DNA of 62,591 nt, filler included, from Sphacelaria rigidula (taxonomy: Eukaryota): the NCBI GenBank assembly GCA_964200075.2. It is 6 parts of 6 records of this genome, joined end to end, with 100 filler letters (N's around TTAATTAATTAA, not from the genome) between each part and the next. Parts side by side here need not be neighbours in the genome. Positions count along the whole stretch, not along the records: positions 20,904 to 31,252 come from CAXNAA020006679.1; positions 31,353 to 41,699 come from CAXNAA020006680.1; 4 more parts are not named here. One strand, given 5' to 3'. Of the stretch, positions 21,960 through 36,006 are shown in pieces. Numbering within the stretch: the first letter of the stretch is position 1; every line of letters starts with the position of its first letter. Below the pieces are notes generated by a model, which made no database searches, had not been told where the DNA came from, and saw only the letters and a list, made by a program, of their open reading frames with translations. The position numbers were made by a program, and so were the translations under genes.

Positions 21960-24900
21960 CATCGGCCAAACCAACACATAAACTAGACTTCACAGACTCA
22001 AAGACTCCGCACGGTCACGGAATTTGACCTACATCAACAGCTAAACTGTACCAACACTTTGCTCTTCGCTTTTTTCACATGATCAACCGCGACTGAAACT
22101 CCCTCAAGGGCACTCACCTTCACTGTACGCCAGTCACGTAAAGTCCCGTGTGGTGATCTTGTCACAATCAGTGTTGCAGCAGAAAGTCACCTGTATATAT
22201 TGTTTTTCAGGTGAGGGTGCGAAGAAAAGTGGACAGTGGGGGCGATCAGCACAACAGTGCGCGGTCGTTCATGTATATGTATACTTTGTTCAAACATCGC
22301 ATAAGCCCATCTACTCAGACTTGTGGTCCGGAGAAGGAATATTCGAACATGCCCAAGCAACCGCGCGTCAGGTGTAAGACAAATTTCCTCCTTCGCGCCC
22401 ATGAATATATATAGTTGCCTTTCCACTTCGCACGAACAGTGGAAGTGTATAGCGCGTCCAAAGCACCGTGTATTCGCAAATCTCAAAACGGCACCCATTT
22501 GGGAACATGAAAAAACGTCGTCTACATGCTGGCGGACACCTGCGGCAATCGTCCACCAAAGAAATATCAAGCGCAAAAGAAATTCGATATGATTTCGTAC
22601 GTACGTTTGTAATAAATAAATACGTAAGAGGTGGCTCGAGTGAAAAAATCGTATCTCCGCCCCTCAAAACGTGTAATTTTCGTACCCACCAGGTGTGTGG
22701 GGCAAAAGCATCCTGGGTCGAGCAATGCTACGGTAGGGGTGCACTTCTTTCGCGAAATATTGTATAGTTCAGGGGCTCTTAACGATTTCAGATGCACAAG
22801 AATAAGGGGCAGGGCATCCTCGTTTGCAAATTCATTCGAGATGTCCCCAGCACATTGAAGTAGTAATCCTGTCGTGCTTTCACATATTTTCACAAGTGGT
22901 GTTTTGCATGAGATCAAGGGCTCCTTACAATTCTAACCTCAGAAAATATGTATGCACCCCTACCGAAAAATCACTCGGTCTGTCGACGAAAATGGAGCAG
23001 CCCGAGCTGTGGCAGTTGAGGCGAAAACAGTACGGTAGACACGACTCTAATACCATCTGGCGGTACGGGCGGTACAAACGGCGTGGCGTGTCACAGGTCA
23101 GCCCTGTTCTGTCTAACACTGTCAAACCCTTTTCGAAAAGTAGCTTTTTCTTTTCGCACTTCACAACAGTCTTTCAAGTACACAACAGAGTGCATCACCG
23201 TACGGTACAGGATATACAGCACGACACTTTCGATGGGACCTTACACACATCTTTTCTTGTTTTGATTCCCTTCGTCTCCTGGTTAGATGCCTGCCAAGTC
23301 TCGTCGCAGTGAGTACTACGCAGAGCATCACCTTGAGTAAGCTACCCTGGGCCCAGAGAGCGACACGAACACACATTATACCGCTTGAAGTATACAAGTG
23401 AGAGCGACATCAATATCCCGTCGCAAAACATTGGCAACTCCACATCGACCGAACGAACTCAAAGACTCCGCACGTGCCTCAAATTCCACCTACATCGACA
23501 GCTGGACCGTACGAACACTTTGCTCTTCGTTTTTGATTGACGCGAGTACTGCTCGAGCTCCATTTCAAGAAGCCCAGTCTAGGTCCGACGCAGCCGTGCC
23601 AGAAGATGAGTGATGGTAGCAGCTGACTTTCAAATTTCACCTTCCACCGTCGCACCGTCAAGTCAACACCAACTACATACTTGCTGATTGCTGACCTGCC
23701 TTTCGAGCGTTGTGGTGGTACCGGTAGTAGCAGCAGCAGTAGGTAGTCGGTACAACACACTTGCCTCAATAAACCGGCCGTGAAACTCTCTCAAGGGCAC
23801 TCACCTTTACTGTACGCCAGCCACGTGAAGTCCCGTGTGGTGATCTTGTCACGATCAGTGTTGCAGCAGCAAGCCTTCTCTGCTTTTTTTTTTCAGGTGA
23901 GGGTGCGAATGAAAGTGAACAGTGGGGGCGGTCAGCACAACAGTGCGCGGTCGCTCATGTGTATGTGTATGTTTACGTTTATGTGTATGTAGATGTATAT
24001 ACGTATACATTGTTCAAACATCGCATAAGCTCATCTACTCAGACTCGTGGTCCGTAGAAGGAATACTCCCAAGCAACCGCGCGTCAGGTGCAACACAACT
24101 ATCCTCCTTTGCGCCCATGAAGAAATATATTTGTCTTACTATTTCGCACCAACAGTGGAAGTATATGTACAGTGTAGCGCGTCCAAAGCAACATGTGTGT
24201 CGGCAATTCTCAAATCGGCACCGATTTGAGAACATGAAAATGCGTCTTGCATATGCTGGCTGACACCTGCGACTATCGTCCAGCACCAAAGAAATATCAA
24301 GCGCAGAAGAAATTCGCCATGCCTTCGTACGTACGTTGGTAATAAATACGTGAGAGGAAGTACGTAAGAGGTGGTCCGAGTAAAAAAANNNNNNNNNNNN
24401 NNNNNNNNNNNNNNNNNNNNNNNNNNNNNNNNNNNNNNNNNNNNNNNNNNNNNNNNNNNNNNNNNNNNNNNNNNNNNNNNNNNNNNNNNNNNNNNNNNNN
24501 NNNNNNNNNNNNNNNNNNNNNNNNNNNNNNNNNNNNNNNNNNNNNNNNNNNNNNNNNNNNNNNNNNNNNNNNNNNNNNNNNNNNNNNNNNNNNNNNNNNN
24601 NNNNNNNNNNNNNNNNNNNNNNNNNNNNNNNNNNNNNNNNNNNNNNNNNNNNNNNNNNNNNNNNNNNNNNNNNNNNNNNNNNNNNNNNNNNNNNNNNNNN
24701 NNNNNNNNNNNNNNNNNNNNNNNNNNNNNNNNNNNNNNNNNNNNNNNNNNNNNNNNNNNNNNNNNNNNNNNNNNNNNNNNNNNNNNNNNNNNNNNNNNNN
24801 NNNNNNNNNNNNNNNNNNNNNNNNNNNNNNNNNNNNNNNNNNNNNNNNNNNNNNNNNNNNNNNNNNNNNNNNNNNNNNNNNNNNNNNNNNNNNNNNNNNN

Positions 24901-25700
24901 NNNNNNNNNNNNNNNNNNNNNNNNNNNNNNNNNNNNNNNNNNNNNNNNNNNNNNNNNNNNNNNNNNNNNNNNNNNNNNNNNNNNNNNNNNNNNNNNNNNN
25001 NNNNNNNNNNNNNNNNNNNNNNNNNNNNNNNNNNNNNNNNNNNNNNNNNNNNNNNNNNNNNNNNNNNNNNNNNNNNNNNNNNNNNNNNNNNNNNNNNNNN
25101 NNAATTCGACCTACATCGCCAGGCGGAGCGTACGAACACTTTGCTCTTCGTTGTTGAGTTGGCGGTAGCACTGCTTCAGCTCCATTTCGAGAAACTCAGG
25201 CTAGATTCGACGCAGGCATGCCAGATGAGTGATGATAGCAGCTGACTTTCAACTTCCACCTTCACACACCGTCACGTCAAAGCACTGTCATACTTATCGA
25301 TATATATAGTGTGACCTGCCTTTCGAACGCTGTTGGCAGTAGCAGTAGCGAGAGCTATTACCACACACATTCTTTCTCGGAACCGCGCATGAAACTCTCT
25401 CAAGGGTGTTCACCTTCAGTGTACGCCAGCCACGTGAAGACTCGCGTGGTGATCTTGTGATGATCAGTATCGAAGAAGGAAATTAGGTGCTTGAATTGAG
25501 GGTGCAGGAAGCAAAAATGGACAGTAGCGGCGGTAGTGCTCTTGTATACAGTACATTTTCAGACAACGCAATATAACATCTACTCAGACCCGCGGTCGGT
25601 AGAAATATTTTTATTCAAATATTCTCGAGCAAAATATCTCGCGTCACAGGAGGTGCAAGGAAAACATCCCCCCCTTTTTCCAGAAATATATATCTCCTTC
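21960..25700. repeat. Three diverged direct copies of a ~0.7-1 kb repeat
   Basis: gaaactc(c/t)ctcaaggg..cacctt..tgtacgccag.cacgt.aag..cgtgtggtgatcttgt at about 22094, 23782 and 25391. Includes a ~714-nt N gap. Confidence 0.8.
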
Positions 25701-26716
25701 CCACTTCGCACCCCCTACGACGAAACGCATAATGTGGGGACGTTTCGGGCCTCGGTGTCTGTTTTCAGATTCCCCTAACCCCCCTGTAAGCCAAACATGG
25801 CGAGGTGGGGGGAAAGATGTCCATCGACCACTCGGTCACTACTACGAACTGTTGGGAGCCCTTGATCCCATGTAAAACAGACTAATGCCGAGATAGCTCC
25901 CCCACAAAAATTGCACCGGAGACCGTCCGACAAACCGGCTGCGATCCCACTATTGGGCTCGTTTGCCGCAATTTCGCCCACATGATGAAAGGCGTGTAGC
26001 AGTCCGAAATCAGCTATGATGCCCAAATAAATGAGTCGCGTCGTGCAGCACGAAACCAGCTCCAATCACATTTATTTCTGATCAACACCACTTATGAAAA
26101 TATGTGAAAATACCATAGGAGTACTACTCCAATGTGCTGGGGATAACGAATTTGCAAACGGGGATGCCCTAACCCATATTCTTGTGCATCTGGAACCGTT
26201 AGAAGCCCCTGAACTAGACAGTATTTATTTCGCGAAAGAAGTGCACCCCTACCACCACCGTAGCATTGCTCACAAATCGAAATATGTCCTACATCAAGCC
26301 TGCATAATATATTGTAACCTTAATTAACAAAGGAACAAAAAAAAGCATATGGCGGGATTCAAACTCGTGACTTCCATAATAACTAGAGTCTCCTGTATCT
26401 CTTGTTGTTGGATTAAAGGGGTGCGGCCGTATGTCACACAAGAAGTGCCCAACTGCACCCAGTTTGACGTACTTTCGGCATAAATTTTACCAGGATCTTC
26501 TGCACTCAAGTGCCCACAACATGTAAGACGGTGTCAGCGTATTTCCTACTTTTCAGGGAGTTACAACATCTTCCTTTTTTTCCTGTTTTGCTAAAACTTA
26601 AAATAACTCTGACTTTCTGATTTTTTCTTGGCATCTTCCACCAACGAGTTGCGCGTGTTTATGATGAAAATGTTGTGCCAAAATTTCAGCGCCCATCACT
26701 CGTCGAATTACCAATA

Positions 26717-26777
<61 letters not shown>
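26717..26777. repeat. (AGT)n microsatellite
   Basis: Direct reading, about 20 units. Confidence 0.97.
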
Positions 26778-26778
<1 letters not shown>

Positions 26779-28940
26779 CTGGTGGTGGTGATTTTTCAGT
26801 CGTCCCCAAAATCTTCGAGTTGTTGCAAAAACAAGCACTTTCGCCAGACAACTCTTGAGATTTTTGTGGCGACTGAAATAATCGCGGGAATCCGGCCAAG
26901 TAAAACTAGGCGCACGATAAATCGGAAAAGTGCCCTAGAACCCTCTTCGAAAGGATACGAAATCTTCCAGAGGAGGCCTAATCCGCCAAGCAAGGCCCGC
27001 ATCTCGCTAAAAATCCATGATGAAAGCCTGACAAAGGGCAGTTCTCAGAGAGTCCGTTTTCCGACGGCAAGAAGCGGCCTCACGCTCTGAAAAAAGAGAG
27101 CCAGGCGAAGTTCGACACCACGGAATGCCTTGCTGCACTAGTTCGTTGGGATGGCTCCAGCACACCTGCGCGTTTTCCCGATGGCCGCGGTTTTTTTCTT
27201 ACCCGAACTTGCATTATTCTCGGAGACGCTCATATTCCTGCGAAACTGGCCAAGTCCAAAAACAAATAGCAAACTTTTGTAGACTTGACCAATCTCCGAC
27301 AAAAAGGATTGATCTCCGAGAAAAATGTAAGGTTGGACTTGAAAAATTCACGGCCGCCGGCAAAACGCAAAGATGTGAAACAATGCTACGGTAGGGTTGC
27401 ACTTTTTGCACGAAATCTCGTCTGGTTCACGGGCTCCTGGAGATTCTAGATACACAAAGATATAGGTCAGGACACCCCCGTTTGCAAATTCATTCGGGAC
27501 ATCCCAAGCACGTTGGAATAGTAATCCTAGTTTACTCTCACACACTCCGTAGTATTTCATAACTCGTGTTTTGGATGAGAAAAAGCGCTCCTTACAAGTA
27601 TAACCCCAGAAAATATTTGTGCGCCCCTACCGTAACATCCCTCTGTGCTGGAACCGTCTCGACGAGAACCGCACGGCATTCGAAGGTGTCAAAATCCACC
27701 TAACTCTATTTTTTTAGGGGCGCCAGACGACGTGAAAGCTCCAAAAAGGCACTTTTCCGGATTTTGTTTTTTTCTGCTACACACAAGGAGCAGCCTCTCA
27801 GCCCGCCAGGAAGGGGGGGCGGTATACTCATGATTCTGCAGGCAGCCGTTGTAAGACCGTTGACTTCGCATCCCTACAAAGACAGGACGGAGCACGTCGG
27901 GTTTTCGACGGACCAGGCTCGCAATCACCAAGCACTAAGCGCCATGGTGTGCTTGGGGAGTGGCAGTAAGGGTGAGCTGAATTCTACCATTGAAAAGGTT
28001 ATTCGGCCCGAAGCGTACTGATTATTTTACTTTTACACGGATGACAGTCTCGGATGAGTTGCCTCATTTTCTGTTATCATTTCCAGGCAGTCACGGGTTT
28101 CACTACCTCATCATGGGCGTCGCACTACCTATTTAAACACCATGTAGTGCGATCATCCCGTTTGCGCAAAGTTGAGGTTCTTCACCCCGTACAGCACGAT
28201 CTAACTTGATCACCATTCATTAATGGCTACTGAAAAAAACGCATGTGAAAAAAAAGGTCAACTCGCTGCCTAGCATACGCAGTGTGCGGCGTGTTTACGG
28301 CGTCGTTGTCAATCCACGCCAACTCGAGGGTAGGTGTATTCATGACCTTGCATGCCATAGATGGCCATGAGATTATTGACCGCGCATCCCTACAAAGCCG
28401 GGACGGAGTACGCCGGGTTCTCGCCGGACCGGGCTCGCAATCACCAAGCACGAAACGCCGTAATGTATTCGGCGAGTAGCATGAAGGGTGAGCTGCATCC
28501 TGCTAAGATTGCTCGGCCCGAAGCGTTGTGTTAATCTTGCATTTGGATGACAGCCTCGGATCAGTTGGTTCATTTCTGGTAGCGCCACTTAGAAGTCTTC
28601 CAGAGACAGTCACGAGTTCCACACTGCCTCGGGGGGGGGGGGGTCCGAGGCGGTTTTGTTTCACTACACTTGGCTCGATATCTGCCGCATCATGAACATA
28701 ACACACTACCCACTACCCACCGACCACTATCCACTGCCCACTGGGCACCCCTGAATGGATGATGATTCCCAGTCGAACAATGACTCCCAGGTGTTTCACA
28801 ACCTTCGTGACTCCTCAGCAGAGACCCTCGTGATCTGAGTTTCGAACTCTTAGCCGTTGGCTTTTACACTCGCAGATGGGTCACAGGCGGTTGTGACTGA
28901 CACAGAGCGTGGGTTTAGATCTCAACCAAACACTAGCAAG

Positions 28941-29360
28941 TAATCTTCGAAAATGAGGTTCAAGATGAAAATGAGTTTCAACTTCAAAACAGTGCTCTCC
29001 CTGACCTCTAAAGTCGTGACAAATTACTTTCATACGGACGATCTCATGCCCCCCGACCTCCGTGAAACTACTGTTGGGGGTTTCCCGTCTTTCGTTCCCT
29101 CGAAGGTTATGTGCAAAAGCCCCTCTTTGCCTCGATTCGGAGTCGTACTGTAAGAGGGCGCGCTTAGCCCAAATATTGTGCTTACGCACATACCCTTCGG
29201 GGTAAATGAATACACAGGTAACCGCAAACCTAGTTTCAGAGAGGTCGAGGGGCGAGAGACCATCCCTGTCAAATAGTCAACGGTCATGAGTTCAGGCGAG
29301 GGAAGGCACTGTCTTGGAGTTGAAACTCATTTTCATTATCAACCTCATTTTCTAAGATAA
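28941..29360. mobile_element. MITE-like element with inverted arms
   Basis: taatcttcgaaaatgaggttcaagatgaaaatgagtttcaac at 28941 is mirrored at about 29310-29360. Confidence 0.65.
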
Positions 29361-29997
29361 CATTTTTCACGAGGTCTCGAACGAAGAGGCCAGCACCTTC
29401 ATAGCTGCGGAGCACAGCCCGCGCAACACCGACGGCCTCCACTGCAACGAGTGGCAGCCTAACCCCCGTGATATACATGGGGGGTATGGTTGATTTGATT
29501 TGGTTGATCGCCGTTACTTTACTGATTCCCCAAGGATCCAACCATGGTAACATGATAGACGTACCCGAGACTACAACGTAACAGAAAAACAACTCGCTGA
29601 AGAAAATTGAAGCATAAACAGATAGGTGGGACAGGCAAACAGAGGAGACTAAACAACGAAAAAAGAACGAAAAAACACAGTGAAAAAATGACCGGCCTAT
29701 GCAACATCTCTTCGGTGGGACAACATCTTGCGTAAAAAGCACAGTCATATCCGATTGCGTAACGAACAAAAAGCAGTGGCAACAGGTCGCGGCTCATCCA
29801 TTTTCGGTCTCGCTTTTTGGAGTATGAAGCTCTCATACATGAACCTACGGAAGCAAGGCACCAAAGAGTCACTTGTATACACCTGGAAGGAAGAACACGC
29901 GCATATATGTATATATATAGAGAGAGATGGGGAAAGAAAGAGTGAACAGAGAAGAAGGAGTCAACAGAAGTGATGAAGCCCAAGGACGCGGCACAGT

Positions 29998-30350
29998 CGA
30001 GCAGGTACACACAGTTGGTAGCCTCTAAACCTTCTGACGGTTAGGCCGTGGCTTCAAATCTCGGAGTGATCTGGGACTTGTTCTCACACCATGCCCAACA
30101 GTGGAGAGCGACTATGTCGTGGGTACACAAAATTCGACTACGGTCGACGAGGGAAAGAGACTGCTGTACCCCTCTCGCGATAAAAGAAATAAAGGCAAGC
30201 ACCGCAGAAGGAAGGTGGGGTACTAAAAACAAACAAACAAAAAACAAACCCTGTGTCGACCCTTCTCCTGTGTGACCCCGGCTGGTGTGCCAACATATAC
30301 CGAGAGGTGTCGACCGGCGTCCAGAATAGATGGGAAGACAACACACACCA
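29998..30350 (+). mobile_element. tRNA-derived SINE (diverged copy)
   Basis: Shares its body with 43116-43453 and 54089-54438. A and B boxes are degenerate. Confidence 0.75.
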
Positions 30351-30558
30351 GGAACCACCGACCAAGAGCTATTGTATATCAGCCGATCGGAAAAGACGGC
30401 GGTACGTCATCGTCCGCGTTGACCCAATTTCTTGCATTCACCCCGGGTGGAGTACCCAGCGGGCCATTCTGTCGGTCATTTCCATTTTGGATTCCTCGCG
30501 AGCTATTGCTGTTGTTGTGCTAGCGAGGGCAGTTCTCCGATAGCGGCTCTCGACGTGT

Positions 30559-30971
30559 AACAAGGGATTTTGCAAATTGGGGGATGGATTATATATTAGG
30601 GATGAAAACCCGGATAATTAAAATCTTCCTATCCACACCAAATCTTCGAAACATGGTTCAATTTCTTCACTTGCTGGTAGCTATTGGAAACTACTACATG
30701 CCATACAAATTTGGATTTCGATGATCGAAATGTCGGGGTCCTCGGTGAAAAACCAATTTTGGGGGTTTAGGTGATTCGATCGGACTCCAAAATTGAATTT
30801 TCACCTAGGACCCCGGCATTTCGATAATCGGAATCCAAATTTGCATGGCGTGTAGTAGTTTTCAATAGCTACCAGCAAGTGAAGAAATGGAAGTATACTT
30901 CGAAGATTTGGCGTGGATACGAACATTCAAATTCTCCGGGTTCTTATCCCCAATTCGTGAAATCCCATGTT
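30559..30971. mobile_element. Foldback MITE, same family as 6990-7420
   Basis: Inverted arms and shared sequence with the 6990-7420 copy. Confidence 0.85.
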
Positions 30972-32691
30972 GTGTATATTAGGTATATGCCCCCTACAGT
31001 GTATACGTCCCATATATCCCCGATATATCAACATCATCACAGATTTCATGTAGAATGCTGTTGAAGGAAACATCAACTATAATCGTTGGAAACAGGCGGG
31101 GGGGGCGGGGGGGGCGTACTCATTATTTGTTGCTTACCTAAGTCGTTTGACCATTGACCACGTATCCCTTTCGAGACGGAGCACCGTTCCTACTGCTATT
31201 AAAGGGACCTCCAACATTCTGGCGCTCATTACGTTCCTTCCGTAGCTCATTANNNNNNNNNNNNNNNNNNNNNNNNNNNNNNNNNNNNNNNNNNNNTTAA
31301 TTAATTAANNNNNNNNNNNNNNNNNNNNNNNNNNNNNNNNNNNNNNNNNNNNTGCATCCTGCTACATTGTTCAGCCCGAAGCCTACTGATTATCTTGCAT
31401 TTGGATTATGGCCTACAATGAGTTGCTTTATTTTCTGGTATCGCCACTTCCAGAGACAGCCACGGCTCGTACACTGCCTCGTGGGTGTCCCACCATATCA
31501 ACATTACGTAGTACGATCATCTCCTTTGCGCGGAGTTGAGGCTCTCCCACCCCGCCCAATATGATCTAGCTCGATTACCATCATGTTTACCGCAAAAAAA
31601 AACGCAAGCGCGCGCAAAAAAATGGTGACCTGGTTGCCTAGCTTACGCAGTGAGTGGCGTATTTTACAGCGTCATTGCCAACCGACGTCAATCCTATAGG
31701 GGGTCCGCCACTACAAAGCCAGGGAGGGCGGAGCACGCCGGGTTTTCGCCGGACCAGGGAACGGGGGGGTGGGGGGGATTGAAATCTGAACTCTGGATAA
31801 CAGTATGGTTACACGTATATACTTGAAAGGAGTAGTCTTGATAGATGGGGCTGACGTGGGTCCATACGCCCTTACAGGCGCCACATGTGTCGCACGGGTC
31901 ATCTCGACATTTGGAGTCCCAACTCGATGTGCTGCAAGCGGGTAAGATCTGACATGTATGTAGTGTCACATATTTTACAAGTAAAACTTGATACAGCACA
32001 CGGCGATCAAAAACCCTCCGGAAACCAGAAAAAAGGGGAGAGTGACATGCACGCGCGAATGATCTCCACAGTGCGGTAAAAATCAAATACGGTCAACAAA
32101 GAAGCAGTAGTTGCAGTAGGGTAGATCGCCATCGAGCACGCGGCACATCATCCGCGCGGTTTGTACCACACACCCCCCCCCCCCTCCCTGGAAAATATCC
32201 GCGGGTGATGAGTTCAAGACTAGATTTGGCACCATCCCGGCACCTACAGTGCTATACCGGGGTTCGTAGCGCATCGGGGGTCCCACTACAGTGCGGTCCT
32301 CTTAGAGTGCGGCGATCCAGGTACGTGCGGTCGAATTCGCTTGTCACGAGTTCGAGCCGCTATACTCGTACTGGTACCAAGTAATTGCAGTGCCCAGTGC
32401 AGTGTGGGTCCCAAGATAGTGCAGTCGTGCGAGGTTGGCAAACCATCGCCCATGATGAGACCCCCGCTTTACATCAATCTCTCTAAAAACCACTCCAGCG
32501 TGATGCGATTTCTTGGCAATTTTTGGCACAATGTGAGTATACGCAGTGCCCTACTGGTATACGTTGAATATCACCCCCTTCTCCCCCCCCCCTGCATACC
32601 ACCTCCGGATAATCAGGGTTCGGCCCCTGAAAAGACATCACTCGAGAATTGTATAAACCGCTTTTTTCCATCGCTTCTTTTTTTTTTTCAC

Positions 32692-32844
32692 CGGTGTCAT
32701 CTGGCGCATGAGTTGCCTGGCGCGGAGTCCAGATTCGATGCCCGATTGTTGGTCGAAGCAAACGTCCACCTGCTGCCCGGTGCTCGCGTGCACAAACTTA
32801 ACCAGGGGCACTTTCTTTGACGGGATCTTCTCCACGTCTGTCAC
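32692..32844 (-). CDS. TRF4/PAPD5-type nucleotidyltransferase, exon with third catalytic Asp
   Basis: ATAG acceptor and GTGAAA donor. Translates VTDVEKIPSKKVPLVKFVHASTGQQVDVCFDQQSGIESGLRARQLMRQMTP (KVP.VKF...VD.SF pattern). Downstream exons were not found before the contig end. Confidence 0.9.
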
Positions 32845-33398
32845 CTATGAATGATATATCCAGCAACAACACAACGTCAATTGGTGTTTATTCAACATTC
32901 GAAATAAGTCTATTTATATGGTCATACGTGGGAAGGGAGAGAAAACGGCAGAGCAAAATAATTAGATGAGATTCCAGATTCGATATGATGACATCATTCA
33001 TGTAGTAATGACCGAACATGGTTCAACAAATGGAAGACACAATATCGGGAAAGACTTGAAGAAGCCAGAGGCGATCAGAAGAATGGAGCAAAACACAGGA
33101 TCGGAGTGAATCATTCGGGTGTTTCTGTTGAAATTTATCAACTGCCGCGTTGGTGTGTTCGACGGGGAGGGAGGACGAACAAAATTTCACGGGGGAACAG
33201 GGGAGAATAGACCACGCATTCACAGAGTGAAACAAAAACAGCGAAACGCAGGCTTATAACTCCAGAACGAAACTGGACGATCTATGACAGCAGCGTTAAT
33301 CTGACACGAAATGATGAGCTTAGAAAACAGAATCATGGGCACAAAAAGGCAGAAATACAAAACAACCATCATTCACGACGAGAGCAAGAGAACAAAAT

Positions 33399-33429
<31 letters not shown>

Positions 33430-34953
33430 CCAAACATAGAAGATCACCGGACAAAACCGTAGTGTGCTGGTTGATTGATATATTTTTGGATATTAACTGA
33501 CCTCATCCGGGATTCAGCCGTGGCCGCTACGATTGTGTTGCCGAAGTTACTAAGATATGCATGTGTACCCCATGAATGCATATCTGTATTATTCTTCACG
33601 TTTTCTTACGCAAGTGTTTTAGTTTCGTTTTGTCTCGGGTACGTCTATCATGTGGATAATGACTAATCACGGCTGGATCCCCGGGGGATCAGTTCAAGTG
33701 CGACAGTCGATCAAATCAACTCAAAGCAAATCACATGTGGATAATGACAACTCACGGCTGGATCCTCGGGGGATCAGTTAACGTGCGACAATCAAATTAA
33801 AAAAAAAATCAAGTCAAAACCACGGTAGAGACAAGCTACGCATCTTCGATTTTTCTCTCCGATCCCTCGACCGAGAAGCTGCTTGGATCTTAACTACTGC
33901 GCGGAAGCACTCCTACGCAACGAACAAGCACGTCTCACGGTTTGCTCCCTCAGCAAACGAGGATTCTGGAAATCCTGGTTGCGCTTCGGGAAGGGTCTCA
34001 ACGAAATTCACTCGTTTTCCTCCTTTTTTTTGGTCTCGTTGTCGCACGACTGTACGGGCTAAAAATGACTGAAACACTTCACCCGCCGAGGACTTGATCA
34101 GAGCAAGGCCCTGCCGTAGTTCTCAGTAGGACGGCGCGTGTACTGCGCCAAGTTGACACCGGGAGTCAATGGGTCGGACCCCCACATTGCCCTGAGAAAA
34201 GCTTGCGACAGCTCGAGACGCCTACCCCGCATGACTGCCGCGAGGCAGTCTACGTTCCTTCACGGAAAAAAAAAGAAGGTACCGCCGTACTGCCATGGCA
34301 AAATTTCACCCAACGCCGGAAGACATCAACGATAATTTTTCTGATGACGTGACGCTCGGCGGGGTGACTAGGCCGCCAAAGTACACAACAAAACCAATCG
34401 AGGTCGGGTTTCCTGACGTTACCCCGCTCGATATTCCTCCACATGGCATTTTTCCGTCATTCTCTCGTGTTTTTCCCTTTCTTCTTCTACAGCGAGTGTT
34501 CGCCCTGTTGTTCGTTCTCTCCTCCCTTTTCCCGTCTTTCTCGCTTGTCTCGACTGCTCTTCAGCGAGTGTTTCTCTTTGAAGTACATTTGGGTTACTGA
34601 CCAGATAACGTATGACAATCGACCAATCGTCGATCAGACTTCATCAACCATAGCACCTGCAGCACAAAAAAACACACGATACCAGTGCGGAACAGAGCAC
34701 ACACAAAATAATGGGGGGAAAACAACTACGAGTAGCACAATCAAGACACTCATGTTAGCGCGACCAGGATTTCCGGCATTTTCGACTGCTGCGAAAGCAA
34801 TCTCGCTGTGCGAACACACACACACACACACACACACAAAAAGCAAAAAATAAATAAATAAGCGCAGCACACTCACACAATAATATTCCTCCGAGAAAAA
34901 ATGCATGAGAAAAATACGTACACGTAAACGTACACGCACACTACAGAACTCAC

Positions 34954-35060
34954 CTCCCCGGCGTTTTGCCGTCTGTACATCGCCCTCGCCAACACTTGCT
35001 GCGCGTTAATACCCGCATTGAACACCACAAAGTCGATGTCACTAGACGGCGTCACGAGAC
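34954..35060 (-). CDS. TRF4/PAPD5-type nucleotidyltransferase, exon with catalytic DxD
   Basis: GCAG acceptor and GTGAGT donor. Translates GLVTPSSDIDFVVFNAGINAQQVLARAMYRRQNAGE, completing FGS..TGL..P.SDID. Confidence 0.9.
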
Positions 35061-35917
35061 CTGCCACAAAACACATCGCTCATCATTACTCACGTGCACA
35101 CATAATCCATTTCAAACTTCAAGGCGTATACACCACCACCACCATCACTATCAAACCACCACCACTATCACCACCAACAAACCCAACCACGGTAACGAGA
35201 ACACAACGATACCAACAAAAACAGCAAGGATAGTGGAACTAACACGACGGTCAACTCGGCATGTTGGCACGATTTGGGGCCAATCACAGGAATTTCGACA
35301 GGGGAATGATTTTTTTTTTCTTCCATATTATGAATGATCTTCCGTCGTCCGAAAATGTGAGCAAGGGAAAAAAAAAATGGCAAAACGGTTTGACAGAAGC
35401 CCGACGAGCTGCGGGAGTGCTGATCCCATGTTTGCAGGATGACAATTAAAAAAAAAAAGCTGAAAGGCAGGTAGGTACATCCCGGAGGAGAGATGGGATG
35501 TGAGATCCCTCTAGACCACGGACTCGTTATGTGGAGGGCGGGAGTCAAAGTACATAGCTACAAGATTATCTACAAACAAAACTCTGCACATATCCAAAAT
35601 GGCGCTTGAACGCTCGGCTCCAGATGCTACAGAAAGGCCCTAGGTCGACCACCGGACATGCGTGAAAAAAGAAATGGTTTGGTCCAATCATGGAAATGGC
35701 CCTGGCGTTGGGGACCAACGAGAAACACGGTATGCCGTCACCAGGGGGGTGGTGCTGGCGACAGATTCGAGCTGCTCAGCCTTATATGAACGTCGAGGCT
35801 CCTCAGCGTGAAAGGGTACCCCTTGATATATATGTATATATACATATTCTGAAATGAGGGATGTCGCCCAAGGGGCTCAAGAGCGAGAGAGACAGGAAAG
35901 GGCATAGACGGACGGAC

Positions 35918-36006
35918 CTGTGAGCTGTGAACCGAAAACGTTGACTGTTGTCTGTTCCCCAAGAGTTTCTCGGACGACCCGCTTCACGTACGTCAGGGCA
36001 GTGGAC
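35918..36006 (-). CDS. TRF4/PAPD5-type nucleotidyltransferase, exon with FGS motif
   Basis: TTGCAG acceptor and GTCCG donor. Translates STALTYVKRVVRETLGEQTTVNVFGSQLT(G). Phases 2 and 1 fit the flanking exons. Confidence 0.88.

Noticed and set aside
24035..25171. Long ORFs of 265-378 aa
   Set aside because: They are mostly X from a ~714-nt N gap.
29284..29470. Possible last exon of the TRF4-like gene
   Set aside because: Different contig, no PAP-associated motifs, and it overlaps a MITE arm.
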